Counted from the whole stretch's first letter, positions 44,070-55,968 are shown. The stretch: 63,035 nt of DNA, filler included, from Sanchytrium tribonematis (GCA_018985235.1; 17 parts of 17 records of this genome joined end to end with filler, not necessarily neighbours in it); one strand, 5' to 3'. Numbers and translations are program-made. Notes: generated by a model not told the origin, from the sequence alone.

Positions 44070-45022
44070 ATGCATTTGTTAGAACAGGTAAATCATCAAC
44101 CCACTCCAGAAGAGATCAAAGATTATGCAGATCTACTAGGAATTCAAGAAAAAGAGTATTATTATATAGCAGAAAAAGGATTAACTGGAAATCTACCTCC
44201 AAATTGGTCAGCTATTGAAAATAAAGATGGATTGATCTATTACTTTAATGAAATCACCAAGAAATCACAATGGGATCATCCAAATGACTCTATTTGTAAA
44301 GATGAATATGAACAGGCTAAATTAAACGGGATTAGACAGATTTCTGAAGATAAACATGATTTAATGAAATTATTGAGTGAGGATACGACTAGCTTGAAGA
44401 GGTTATTGAGGGATCCAGATACAGATGAGTCATTAGTGAATCAACTACCTCCTTTGCCTAATATGATTAAGAAGAAGGAGTCTTTGAGCGAGTCACAAAA
44501 AAGAAAAGTTGAAAAATCTGAAAGTATTAAAATTGAAAAGCCTATTGAGAAATCCAGTGAAAAATCAATTGACAAAACACCAAAATCATCTGTGATCTCT
44601 ATTGAAAATGAGATATCACCTAAATTCAAGTCAAAAGCCATGAAAAAATCACAGCATCCTCTCAAAAAAGAATTGAAAAATTCATCTGAAAAAGTAAACT
44701 CTATTGAAGATATTACCAGCAAATACAAAATTGATTTACCGAATGAGTCAGAAATGCTTAAAGAATCGTTGGAGCAAATGATTCATTCATTAATGAATTC
44801 AGAAAGAGAATCCTTAAGAAAAGAATTTGAAATATTGGCTTATAAATTAGAATTGCAATTAGATAAGAGAATTGATGATAAATTAAGCCAGACAGATATG
44901 AATGTATCCAAATTATCAATCAGCAATGATATTAAAAAGGAATTGCATGAAAATATTGAATTAATTGAGAAAAGATTAAATACTCGATTAAATCAAGACA
45001 TTAAAGAATACAGACACGCTAT
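44070..45022 (+). CDS. CEP164: Centriolar distal appendage protein CEP164-like (WW domain + coiled coil), 3' partial
   Basis: PTPEEIKDYADLLGI...YIAEKGL..LPPNW...IYYFN..TKKSQWDHP.D is the CEP164 N-terminal signature. Confidence 0.82.
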
Positions 45023-45122
45023 NNNNNNNNNNNNNNNNNNNNNNNNNNNNNNNNNNNNNNNNNNNNTTAATTAATTAANNNNNNNNNNNNNNNNNNNNNN
45101 NNNNNNNNNNNNNNNNNNNNNN

Positions 45123-45960
45123 AAGATCAAAGAAGATTGTATTATGGGATATACTAAAAAAGGATGGGTTACTCAATCATTATTAATCAAATATCTGAAT
45201 TACATTTTACCATTTGGAAATGCATTGCTTATTTGGGATCATTGTTCAGCACATGGAGCTTCTAGAACAGAAAATATTATGAGTGAATATTTGGCAAATA
45301 AGAAAATTAAATGCTTATATGTTCCAAAAGGTGCAACTGGATATTGCCAAGTAGCAGATGTGGCTATTATTAGATCTTTAAAGTGTAATATCAGAAAGTC
45401 TATTAGAAACTTTTATACTGAACAAGTCAACAATTTATGGGAAAATTCTGAATTGTCAAAAGTATTAAAAAAACCACCTATTGGTAATTTAAGAAAATGG
45501 ATTGTAGAGCATTGGAATCAAGTTCCACTTTCCATTATTGAAAATGGTTTAAAAACATGTTACTACAGTGAAAATATTGGAGATTTGCACATGGCAAAAG
45601 TGAATGATCTGAGTATTTAATATTAATTTAGAAAGAGATTTTTTAAATGCATGGGAAAGAGTCCAAATGTTTGACGAAGTCATGGCTTCTTTAACTGGAG
45701 GTCCAGCATATTCTGGCTCATTTGATTTTTGCGATGATATTGAGATTACTGATGAAGGAATTCCAGTTTTTGACTTTGAAAATCAAACTGAAGAGCCAGA
45801 AGTGATGGTGTATTCATTGTTAAGTGAAGAAGAATAAATATATTGATTTGATAGAACATTTTATTAATATGGGGGGGGAATTGTATTTTTATAGTCGAAA
45901 TCCTATCCAATTTCCCCGGGGGAATTGATTAGGAGGGGGGAATTGGATGGGTAAACACTT
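45123..45960 (+). mobile_element. 3' half of a pogo-like (DDE_1) transposon; transposase exons ..45612, 45632-45837; probable right terminus at 45960
   Basis: KGWVT, LLIWDHCSAH, VPKGATGYCQVADV (DD39D spacing); subterminal GGGGGAATTG x3; ends ...GTAAACACTT-TA. Confidence 0.8.
45613..45631 (+). other. 19-nt spliceosomal intron in the pogo-like transposase
   Basis: gtatttaatattaatttag; removal opens a 68-aa acidic tail ending GAA TAA A. Confidence 0.82.
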
Positions 45961-46432
45961 TATTTGGATGAACAAAATAAAATGACCAGTAATTTACTTG
46001 GACAACTTGAGAAGGTCATTGCACATACGCCTGATAGGATCATTGATGCTTTCAACGAATGGTTTGTAGATTTCTTTTAAATATTTCAATAAATATCCGT
46101 GATTAAAAATAGTTCGAAATATAGAATTGCCAGTCGCAATATCGAGCCAAAGTCTAAAAAGAATGCAAGAAATAAGCAACATGATACATTTGAAACGAAA
46201 AAGACTAGAACAGAAAAATAAATAATTTCATCAATTCCAAAAACTAATATTTATTTTAAGTACAATTAATTTCCGCAGAGCGTTACTAATATATTGTATA
46301 TTTCGCCTAATAATCAACCCAAATTGAGATTTTAAACGATTTAAAAACAATTTGATTGCCAAAGCAGGTTGATTGGCTCCGAATTGATTATGTTAATTTA
46401 AACAATTTACTCGCAAGATCAAGCCAAAAAAA

Positions 46433-46837
46433 ATGACGCAACCAGCTGTCGAGAAAGCAAAGGCTGCCAAGAGATCATGGATCAAAATCGCACTTGGAGT
46501 TACTGGAGTTTTAGGTGTTATAATATTTGTTGTCGTATACATCGTGACTTCACAATATGAATGTGTCAAGGATACACCTGCTACACCATCTTGGTTCCCT
46601 GGAACTGAAATAATTGGATTTATAGGTGAAAAGCAAACTGAAAAAATAGTATTTCATTCCTCGATTGAATATGGTACTTTATTGAGATGTAAAGTTCCTA
46701 ATTACGTGTTTTCAACATCTATTCAACCAGACAAGTTGAAAAATAACACTATCTCTATCTATGCTGATGGTAAGTTTTTATTTCAAAGATCTTACAATTG
46801 CTCCGAGAATGCAGTCAATACTACAAATACGTTTACT
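46433..46837 (+). CDS. Hypothetical type II membrane protein (3' partial)
   Basis: Basic N-terminus, one TM, Cys-containing ectodomain. Confidence 0.6.
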
Positions 46838-47707
46838 NNNNNNNNNNNNNNNNNNNNNNNNNNNNNNNNNNNNNNNNNNNNTTAATTAATTAANNNNNNN
46901 NNNNNNNNNNNNNNNNNNNNNNNNNNNNNNNNNNNNNGGTAGAAGATAAAACAATGTAAGTGGATTGAAAATAAGGAAATTGCCAAAATATAAGGATTAC
47001 ACATTCTACTCAAAAATGGACAATCTGATTGAACAATGGGACTGAATCAGTGGATTGAATCAGCATTGCCGTATTTGTGTCCAGCCACGTATTGATTAAA
47101 CTATTTAAATATATTAGGTAAACTCTTAATTTGCAATAGAATTGAATTTTTCCAAAAGTTTATTTAATGTATAAAATATCGCAGACTAATCAATTTACTA
47201 AATCCATCCTTTCGATCATTTGAAGGGATTATTATTTGAGATTTAAATATGTCAATTCTGGAAGCTCACAGTATTCTGAAAAGATTAATTTGATACAAGA
47301 GAACAATTTATGATACAATAATGGGAAATTGCTCAGTCATTTCGAAATGCCATCAGAGCTTTCATTGTACCGTAACATAGGCATTTTTCAGGATATTTTG
47401 GAGATACTAAAAACAGACTTAATGCTATTGAAAGATATTTATGAAAGAAAGAAATTGAATTTAAAAAGAAATAAATCAATCTCACATGTAAACACACAAC
47501 TTTTAATTGAAAAATAGCAACAACCTAGACTGAAAATATTGTTCGAATTAATCTATAGCATAATACAAATCATGACCAAGAAGAAAATTCATTAGAACAG
47601 CTAATTAAACAGCTTTATTTGAATTGAAAGCATTCGGTAGTTGAAATTTAATTGAATAAAACCGACTTCCATCGTTAGTTATTGCTGATAATTCTCCTCC
47701 TTGATAC

Positions 47708-48331
47708 ATGCAAACTATTTTCAAACTTCAAAAGCATGGAATTCCAGCTATTAAGCAAGCTATATCCAACCCTCCTAAAAACGAGTTCACCAACTACGCC
47801 AATTATTTAACATCAATACTCCCAATTACCCATTACGATTTATGGAAAGACGAACTGGTCGTCCATACAGAGAAATCAAATTTACTAACTGTACTATACT
47901 TTTTAAAAAACAAGCATCAATTCAAACATTTAATGGACATTATTGGAATTGATTACCCTCAGAATGAAAACAGATTTAAGCTTGTTTACCCATTAACTTC
48001 AATTCAGTATAATTCTCGCATTCAAGTTTCTACTACTACGAACGAAGTTGACATGGTTCCTTCAGCTACTCCTTTATTTAAAAGCGCTAATTGGTTTGAG
48101 AGGGAATGCTATGATATGTATGGTATTTTTTTCGAGAATCATCCTGATTTAAGGCGAATTTTAACTGATTACGGGTTTGTGGGCCATCCCTTGAGAAAAG
48201 ATTTTCCATTGAGTGGATACACAGAAGTCCGATATGATGAAGATGCTAAAATGGTAGTCGAAGAGCCAATTTCAATGGCTCAGGAACATAGAAACTTTGA
48301 ATATTCTAGCGCTTGGGATGCTACCAAATAA
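47708..48331 (+). CDS. NDUFS3: NADH:ubiquinone oxidoreductase 30 kDa subunit (nuclear-encoded)
   Basis: GIDYP..ENRF, ANWFERECYDMYG, HPDLRRILTDYGFVGHPLRKDFPLSG. Confidence 0.96.
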   Translation: MQTIFKLQKHGIPAIKQAISNPPKNEFTNYANYLTSILPITHYDLWKDELVVHTEKSNLLTVLYFLKNKHQFKHLMDIIGIDYPQNENRFKLVYPLTSIQYNSRIQVSTTTNEVDMVPSATPLFKSANWFERECYDMYGIFFENHPDLRRILTDYGFVGHPLRKDFPLSGYTEVRYDEDAKMVVEEPISMAQEHRNFEYSSAWDATK

Positions 48332-48752
48332 ATCCGCCTTGCAAACAATACTTTTTGCATTTTTGATTGTAATATCCGCCCTTCATTCTCAGTTGATCTA
48401 TCATTGCAAATTGCCTTGATGTTGAAAGATATTACAATTAAGAAAACAGCTGATGAAGCAAAAAATTAAAGCATTAACACGTGAGTAGTATTGTTATAAC
48501 AAAAATATTAGTATTCAGATTAAGCGTCGCATACCGAAATTTTCCTTAAAAATAATGCTATGAAATTTTTTAAGAAAAAAATTGGCCATTTTTCAAAGCA
48601 ACTAATTTAATGCCAAAGAATTGGGCTCAAGAGACATTCATTAAAAACCTTGNNNNNNNNNNNNNNNNNNNNNNNNNNNNNNNNNNNNNNNNNNNNTTAA
48701 TTAATTAANNNNNNNNNNNNNNNNNNNNNNNNNNNNNNNNNNNNNNNNNNNN

Positions 48753-49442
48753 GTATTATTGATGTCACCATCACCAATGCCACGCCACTAGGAAAGAATT
48801 GCAGTCTTGCAAACAATCCAATGTCACCAGGAGTGTTTGGTAAAACATTTAAAAATCAATGCAACGTGACTGGCGTGTACGTGAAGAGTAACAGCACCTG
48901 TAGGATATTGGCATTGGGTGAATTGACGACTATTGCTTCCAAAACAAGCAGAAAAACATCTGCTTTTCTAACAACAACGGAAACCAAAGGAGCTCCTACA
49001 GCAGCGTCTCAAACGACTCAAGATTCAAAGCCTACAGCAGCTATGACTTCAGTCGTCAGTCAAATGCCACAAGGAACGATAACTTCCATTCCAGCTCCTA
49101 CAATTGTTGTACGTATTTTGCATTTATTTAGGTCCAATTCGCTCAACATCATCCGCTTCTTCAACGTTTGCTAAAGCAAATGAACAAACGACATTATATG
49201 AGACATCTATATTTAGTGATTTTATTGAGGTTCATGACAACAATACGACTGAAGAAACAGCAGCAGCCCCATCTCAATGGCAATCACAACAAATAACTGC
49301 TGAATGGTCGTTGTTCAGAATTATCAAAATATTAATTGATATTTTATTATTTCTACTTATAGTCAGACGGACACCTTCTCAAAAGTTATTCACAAAAAGT
49401 GAATCTCGCGGTGCCACTAGTCGTTTGGGTACTACTTTTTAA
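48753..49442 (+). CDS. S/T-rich single-pass surface protein, 3' part; exons ..49112, 49132-49442
   Basis: Mucin-like stalk and TM; two overlapping ORFs joined by a 19-nt intron. Confidence 0.65.
49113..49131 (+). other. 19-nt spliceosomal intron
   Basis: gtattttgcatttatttag; joins the ORFs as VVR|PIRSTSS. Confidence 0.82.
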
Positions 49443-49507
49443 AGATTTAATAAATATTTACCGAAATCACAAGTATTCTCAAGTAGGTCAATTGAATCTT
49501 CCCTAGT

Positions 49508-50461
49508 ATGTATCTCAATGTTAATGTCTTAAGTTTAATTATGTTGACGCGTCTATCTGGCATCTCTACAGACTGTCCCATCATAATGAATTTCTTAAAA
49601 GCTTTAAATCTTCATTTAACAGATCCATCTTTATTTGAGAGTATCCCCGAGGATTGTTGTTACTTTTTCAACAATAATGGACTATCTAATATAGACATTG
49701 AATGTTCTGGTAGTTTATCTAATGAATACATCACAGTGTTATTGCTTGATCATGTCAGTATCAATGGAACCATCAAAAGTCAATTTATACCCTCCAAATT
49801 ATATTCATTACAAATATCTTATACCCCATTAAATACTACGATTCCGTCTGATCTACCAAATACAATTCAATCTTTTGTATTTGTTTAATAATCAATTATA
49901 CGGAGATATTCCTGAGACTCTTCCAAATCAATTGGTAGCATTGGAATTATCTGATAATCAATTAAGTGGGCAACCCATATCATTCCCATCCGGACTCAAA
50001 CATCTAAATCTTTATCATAATAGATTTACTAAAATGCCCAATTTACCACCAAATCTAGAGATATTACAAATTAACGATAATTTCATAGTAGATCAATTTC
50101 CAAATACATTTCCAAGTACTGCGATGACTATCAATGCAGCAAACAACTTGATTTATGGTAATTATCCCAATCATTTGCCAGATTCCATTCAGGAATTGTA
50201 TTTAAGTCATAATAGATTACAAGGGACTATCACTACATTTCCTGCGTTGTTGACTTATTTTGAAGCATCAGGGAATTTGATTAATGGTACATTTCCTGAT
50301 TTACCATTAAGATTTCTCACAGCAAGGTTAGATTTCAATTTATTGAGTGGTAATCTGCTATTTGCAAAGCCGAGTGGATTGACTGTCCTTCACCATAATA
50401 GACTTGTCAAACAATAATTTGACTGGCAATATTCCAAATGTTTTGGGAAATCCAATTTATT
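49508..50461 (+). pseudogene. Secreted LRR protein with two frameshifts (pseudogene or sequence error)
   Basis: Signal peptide, DCP...DCC cap, LP..L..L.L.NNQL.G repeats; extra T near 49872 and a second shift near 50390. Confidence 0.7.
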
Positions 50462-50595
50462 NNNNNNNNNNNNNNNNNNNNNNNNNNNNNNNNNNNNNNN
50501 NNNNNTTAATTAATTAANNNNNNNNNNNNNNNNNNNNNNNNNNNNNNNNNNNNNNNNNNNNCGCTTAAGCGCCATCCATTTTCAGGGCTGGTTCA

Positions 50596-50631
<36 letters not shown>

Positions 50632-50641
50632 TCCGACTTCC

Positions 50642-50934
50642 CGGTTATTCCATTTGCTTTCACAACGTTGGACCCGACTATATCTTAAATTCTCTTCGAG
50701 AACCCACCAACATCTAGTCTGTGTACTGCATCCATAGCCCAAAGGCCTTAGGACTTGGCTGCGGATTGTCCAATCCTTGACATTTTTACCGTACCCAAGT
50801 GATTAACCTGGCCATGTACTCTCTTTCGAGGTACACTTGGTAGTCAAGGCTCTAAGGAACTCCCCGCACTTTGATGGTGTTGCATGACATGTCATACTAG
50901 CGCAACTTTGTCTTGCGCTTTGGACCACTGAAAT
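50642..50934 (-). ncRNA. Group I intron, subgroup IC1, 293 nt, about site L1066
   Basis: Inserted in GGCCAT^GGAAGTC; exon ends U, intron ends G; P AAAGTGCGGGGA, Q AATCCGCAGCC, R CAGACTAGATG, S AAGATATAGTC. Confidence 0.92.
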
Positions 50935-51048
50935 ATGGCCACCGTCCTGCTGTCTAGATGAACCAACACCTTTTCTGGGATCTAGATGAGCGTATACTCT
51001 GGCACCTTATCCTAGCTTTCGGAGCATCCCGCATCGCCAGTTCTGCTT

Positions 51049-51403
51049 CAATTATACCGGAAGTAGTCATTTGACAATTCAACTGGGCATTTCCTCCCAG
51101 AAGTTCTTCCCTTTGCATCTTTACGGGATAAGCGTTCCAATGCATCGCACACTTTATCATCGTGTGGGTTTAGCACGTCCCTTGAGGCGTCTGCTCAGTT
51201 GCAGACACCCGGTATCTTTCCGCGCGTTACGACGGTCGACTGAACTTGCATCCAGTGACTCGCCACGGGATTGGCCACTATGTGAAGGCTTTCCCCGTTC
51301 CAGATTACCTCGCCGGCGACCTCTTATCTTTCCGGTCGCTCGACTAGCAAGCGTAATACCATGACCATGTCAAGGCACCTTACTATCTCTGGCAACAAAA
51401 CTT
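51049..51403 (-). ncRNA. Group I intron, subgroup IE, 355 nt, about site L958
   Basis: Inserted in TTTTTGGT^AAGCAGAAC; terminal G; IE-type cores GGAACGGGGAA, AATCCCGTGGCGAG, GTCGTAACGCGCGG, AAGGGACGTGCT. Confidence 0.88.
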
Positions 51404-51570
51404 ACCAAAAATGGCCCACTAAGCACTCTGCATTCGTTGCCCAGGTTCAATCAAGTAACGAGGGCTTCTTACATATTGTAAGTTTGAGAATAGGTTAAGG
51501 TTGTTACAACCCCAAGTCCTCTAATCATTCGCTCTACCTCATAAAACTGCTGTGAGTGCCTGCTATCCTG

Positions 51571-51864
51571 CATTGCTCCTTGTACCTCTCGGCACTGGAT
51601 GGACTATCTCTTAAACAGTATTCACTGCCCACTGACGTCTAGTCTCTGAACTGCACTCGTAGTGTTGCCACCTTAGAGTTTGGCTGCGGATGGTTCATTG
51701 TAGCATAGTGCATCTCTGTTACCATACCCCAGGAATTAGCTGGGCCACGATGTACTTTCGCACTTCGCTTGGTGGATGACTCTTTAGAACGTCCCCGCAC
51801 TTTGACAGTGTTGCCACAGATGTGACTTGCTATGGTTTGGCCATATCAATTATCCCCCGGATTG
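51571..51864 (-). ncRNA. Group I intron, subgroup IC1, 294 nt, about site L827
   Basis: Inserted in GTTTCCCT^CAGGATAG; terminal G; P AAAGTGCGGGGA, Q ATCCGCAGCC, R GTTCAGAGACTAGACG, S AAGAGATAGTC. Confidence 0.9.
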
Positions 51865-52366
51865 AGGGAAACTTCGGCAGGAACCAGCTACTAGATGGTT
51901 CGATTAGTCTTTCGCCCCTATAGCCATGTTTGAAGATCGATTTGCACGTCAGAACCTCTGCGGACTTCCACCGGAGTTTCCCCCGGCTTCATCCTACACA
52001 GCCATAGATCACCATCTTTCGGGTCCTAGTAGACATGCTCTTGCTCAGGACGATCACCGTAGATCTCGCCCGGCCGATACTGCCCAAAGGTCGTACCTGT
52101 TACTTTCATTTCGCGCCAAGGTTTGCCACCTTACCACTCGCACGTCTATTAGACTCCTTGGTCCGTGTTTCAAGACGGGTCGCTACAAGCGATTTCGCCC
52201 ACATCCTTCGTGTAGAGCGATCCGTTTAACCGGTGAAGGACGACTCGACTAGCTCATTAAAAATGGNNNNNNNNNNNNNNNNNNNNNNNNNNNNNNNNNN
52301 NNNNNNNNNNTTAATTAATTAANNNNNNNNNNNNNNNNNNNNNNNNNNNNNNNNNNNNNNNNNNNN

Positions 52367-53452
52367 AAATTTATGAATGATTTCTTCAAAATACGCCCTA
52401 TTTTCAGGAGAATTTGTTAAATCAAAGATCAAATCAGTATTTGTTAGGTCTGTTAGTTGGAATTCAAGACCTTCTGCAGATTTAGGGACACTCGGATGTA
52501 ATCGACCAAAATCAATAATTCTAATTACTTTTGGAAGTTTCTCAAAGAAGCCAGCAGTAGATTTTTGAATGGGCAAGTTAAATTCCTCTTTAATTTCAGC
52601 AAGAGTGATAGATTCATCAAACAAATAACCACAAATTTCCTTAATGCTTTCATTGATCCATTTAAATGCAATAAATGCCCTGTAATGAGAGAATAAGTTT
52701 TGTTTTAGCACAGCTTGTCCTCCTTGATCCACATGACTCCCTAAAAAGAAGAGCTCTACTCGAGTGCCTGAATCACTGGGATTGTCGATATAAAGTGGAT
52801 CAAATCCTGCTCTGTTTTCGTGAATCGCAACTGCATGGTATACCTGAAGTATCTTTGGATTAGTCGTAGACATACTAAATTTTGATATTCCTTTAAAACC
52901 AATTTTCTTTAAGCTGGGGACAGTGTCATAAAGTGCCAATAAATCAATATTTGGTCGTATATCTCCCAAAACACTTTTGTAAGATGGATTTTTAATTGTC
53001 TTTTTTAATTTCCATCTAAGATTGGCACTAGTCACGCCGTACTCACATACATAATTGGCAAACATTCTAGCAGTAGCTGCACCTCTGGAGAACCCAAAAA
53101 CAAATAATTTGAAACTTGGAGTTTCTACCAAATTCTTATTAATAACAAGGAATTCATATGCAACGCGAATATTAGAGTCCATTCCATATCCAGTTATGAT
53201 TTTATGTAACTTAGATCCTTTTTGGTTTGTTCCAATGCCAGAAATGTAAATGGCACGATCCTGACTTGATGGATTCTCTTTCACTCTGATTTGAACAACT
53301 TGTCCATTGTATCCAGATCTGTATCTTACTTGTACATTGCCAATAAATGCATCAAATTGTTTCCAAATATTGGACTCAGTTTCAGGAACTGCTGCAGTTC
53401 CATCGAAGAAAATACTTATTGTTGCAGCGAATATGAATACGACAAATATCAT
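52367..53452 (-). CDS. DUF2235 (Tle1-like) alpha/beta hydrolase, probably secreted (3' partial)
   Basis: FFDGT, SNIWK, YISGIGT, AYEFL, FGFSRGA, YDTV, HAVAIHENR, FLGSHVDQGG. Confidence 0.88.
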
Positions 53453-53713
53453 GGTAGGTTCTCAGTTTTGCAATCAAGTACCATAGCGCTATTTGTAGAT
53501 TGTCGCATCAGCATCATTTTCTGTGATTGGCGCCCTCATTAAACCACAGAATTATTGGACCTATTGAGTGGAAGATGCAATCAAAACTCAGAGAACGCGC
53601 ACTGGACAAAAGTTCGACATCCTTGGGCTTTGGAACTTGCCAAAAAGTGTTGAATATGGTAGAGAATATTAAAAAGTTTTTAACAAAAACACAAAAATTG
53701 AAGTCAATCCCAT

Positions 53714-54067
53714 TTATTTGTAAAATGGAAGTGCATCCAAGTCATTAAATATTAAATCTTTGTTTTCATTCAGCAATTTCAAATCTTTGTAGTTGCAGTC
53801 TGTTCCAATAAAATTGAGTAATTTTAAAGAAGGAATTTGAATAATCAATCTTAAAGATTCTAAAGTGATTCTGGCACACCAATTCACACTTAGGTATTCT
53901 AATGGGCATGTCATTGCTATAGCTTTTAATCCATCATCACTCATGTCCACGCAATGGCTCAAATCCAATGATTTCAGCATTTTGCAATTTTGTGATAAAC
54001 TAAATAATGTCAAATCGCTTAAATGGATGTTCCATGCCAATGATAGTCTCTCTAAATTCAAGCAATA
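53714..54067 (-). CDS. F-box/LRR-type (AMN1/FBXL-like) protein, 3' part
   Basis: LERLSLAW..LSD, CKMLKSLDLSHCVDMSDDGL cysteine-containing LRRs. Confidence 0.75.
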   Translation of the reverse strand, partial: YCLNLERLSLAWNIHLSDLTLFSLSQNCKMLKSLDLSHCVDMSDDGLKAIAMTCPLEYLSVNWCARITLESLRLIIQIPSLKLLNFIGTDCNYKDLKLLNENKDLIFNDLDALPFYK

Positions 54068-54381
54068 NNNNNNNNNNNNNNNNNNNNNNNNNNNNNNNNN
54101 NNNNNNNNNNNTTAATTAATTAANNNNNNNNNNNNNNNNNNNNNNNNNNNNNNNNNNNNNNNNNNNNTCAACCATGTATTTATTTTAGTTGCAACCTAGG
54201 TGTTGGTTTAATGGTGCTCCATTAAATTGATCTCTTTAATAAATTTCTTCTTTCTTCTTCTGTGTTTCATTTCTCTCATGTGATACACTACTTCACTTCT
54301 AATTGGTTCAATATCAACTAATTTCATTGGTCAGAAAAGCCATTTCATGTTATAAAGAAACGCGTTTCCCATTTCATTAGA

Positions 54382-55868
54382 ATGAATCTTGTAGATGAAT
54401 TTAGAAAAGACCCCTTCAACATTAACCGTATTGTGACAGCAATCAAAAATGGTGCAGATATTCATGGTAAGGATAGCGATGGATTAACTGGTTTACATTT
54501 AGCATGTCATTCTGGATATATTAAAGTCGTGCAGTTGTTGCTGGAGCGTGGTGCGAATGTCAATTGCAAGACAAATACAGAATCGACGCCGTTACATTGG
54601 GCTTGTAGTAGAGGGAATCTGGAAATAGCAAAGTTACTGCTAGACAATGGTGCAGATATTCATGGTAAGGATAGCAATGTAAATACACCTTTACATTTAG
54701 CATGTGCATCTGGGAATATTAAGGTCGTGCAGTTGTTGCTGGAGCGTGGTGCAAATGTCAATTGCAAGACAAACTCGGAATTGACGCCGTTATATCGGGC
54801 TTGTTATTATGGGTTTGTTGAAGTTGCAAAATTACTACTTGACAAAGGTGCTGACATGAATATTAAAAATAATGAGGGATGTACCCCATTAATGAGAGTA
54901 TACCAGTAAGACCAGGTAGAAGTATTGCGATTGTTGTTTGACAGAGGTGTCAACATAGAGAGTGAGCCTTATCCTGGTCATGCACCACTACATTATGTCA
55001 GCTGGTCTGGCAAAGTGAAAGTAGCACAATTATTACTTGATCGAGGTGCTGATGTTAATCGCAAATTTAATGGAAACACACCATTACACTCAGCTAGTCA
55101 ATTTGGACATGTTGAAGTTGCGAAACTGTTGTTAGATCGCGGTGCTGATATAAATTGCAAAAATTTAATAGGACAAACACCATTGCACGGAGCATGTGAT
55201 TTTGATCGTATCAGTGTTGTGCAATTATTATTAGATCGTGGTGCTGATATTCATTGTAAAAATAAAAATGGGAAAACTCCATACGATTTAGCTAGGAATT
55301 TAGATATTAAAACCTTACTTCAACAATTTCCATCCACGTCCAAATTAAAGGATTTCATCGATAGAAATAAATTTGGAGCAGTCCAATTATTTTATGCAAA
55401 TGATGATAAATTATCAAATTTAAAAATCGTATATGATGGTAAATTCATATCGCCATTATTATATTCCATTATTGTCAAAAGTTTTGATGTGGCAAGTGTA
55501 TTGATTGATATTTTTAAAAATGTGCAAATTGACGATGATAATAATTCTGTAGCAATGGAATATTTATTAAAAATACATTCATTTGACATTCAATTATTGG
55601 ATTTATTGATTACAAAATGCAATTGTATCAATCACATTAATAAAAAAGGACAAACTGTACTATCCATGGCCATTGAATGGAAATCTGTCAACTTGGTGAA
55701 ACATTTATTGCAATATCCAAATATTCAAATTTGTAAAGACACCATTGCGTCTTTATTACAACAAGAGAATCCAATTGTTAAACACCTATTGAGCATGGCA
55801 AAATTAAGTAAAGAAGATGTAACTGCATTATCTAAATCTATTACCATTAACCATCCCTATTTTGAAGA
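54382..55868 (+). CDS. Ankyrin repeat protein with an internal TAA at 54907-54909 (3' partial)
   Basis: TPLH.A...G...V..LLL.RGA.VN repeats; both ORFs share a frame and repeat spacing is kept across the stop. Confidence 0.85.
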
Positions 55869-55968
55869 NNNNNNNNNNNNNNNNNNNNNNNNNNNNNNNN
55901 NNNNNNNNNNNNTTAATTAATTAANNNNNNNNNNNNNNNNNNNNNNNNNNNNNNNNNNNNNNNNNNNN

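Larger units (their letters stand above)
50562..52266 (-). rRNA. Nuclear LSU (28S) rRNA fragment (end of D2 to the GTPase centre) interrupted by three group I introns
   Basis: Exons match conserved eukaryotic LSU: ACCCGTCTTGAAACACGGACCAAGGAG, GACTAATCGAACCATCTAGTAGCTGG, GGAGTGTGTAACAACTCACC. Confidence 0.98.

Noticed and set aside
46938..47630. Coding-like AT-rich stretch upstream of NDUFS3
   Set aside because: Stops in all frames and no identifiable motif or 19-nt intron; possibly a decayed gene but cannot be called
49868..50400. Frameshifts in the LRR gene as programmed recoding or introns
   Set aside because: One is an extra T in a homopolymer and neither has a 19-nt GT-AG unit; decay or sequencing error is simpler
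50954..52252. ORFs within the rDNA contig as possible homing endonucleases
   Set aside because: Short spurious frames, mostly spanning rRNA exons or antisense to the rRNA, with no His-Cys, LAGLIDADG or GIY-YIG motif; the introns are too short
54898..54915. Candidate 18-nt intron gtataccagtaagaccag removing the ankyrin TAA
   Set aside because: Lacks the TWAYWTAG end and AT-richness, and removal would delete 6 residues and break ankyrin spacing
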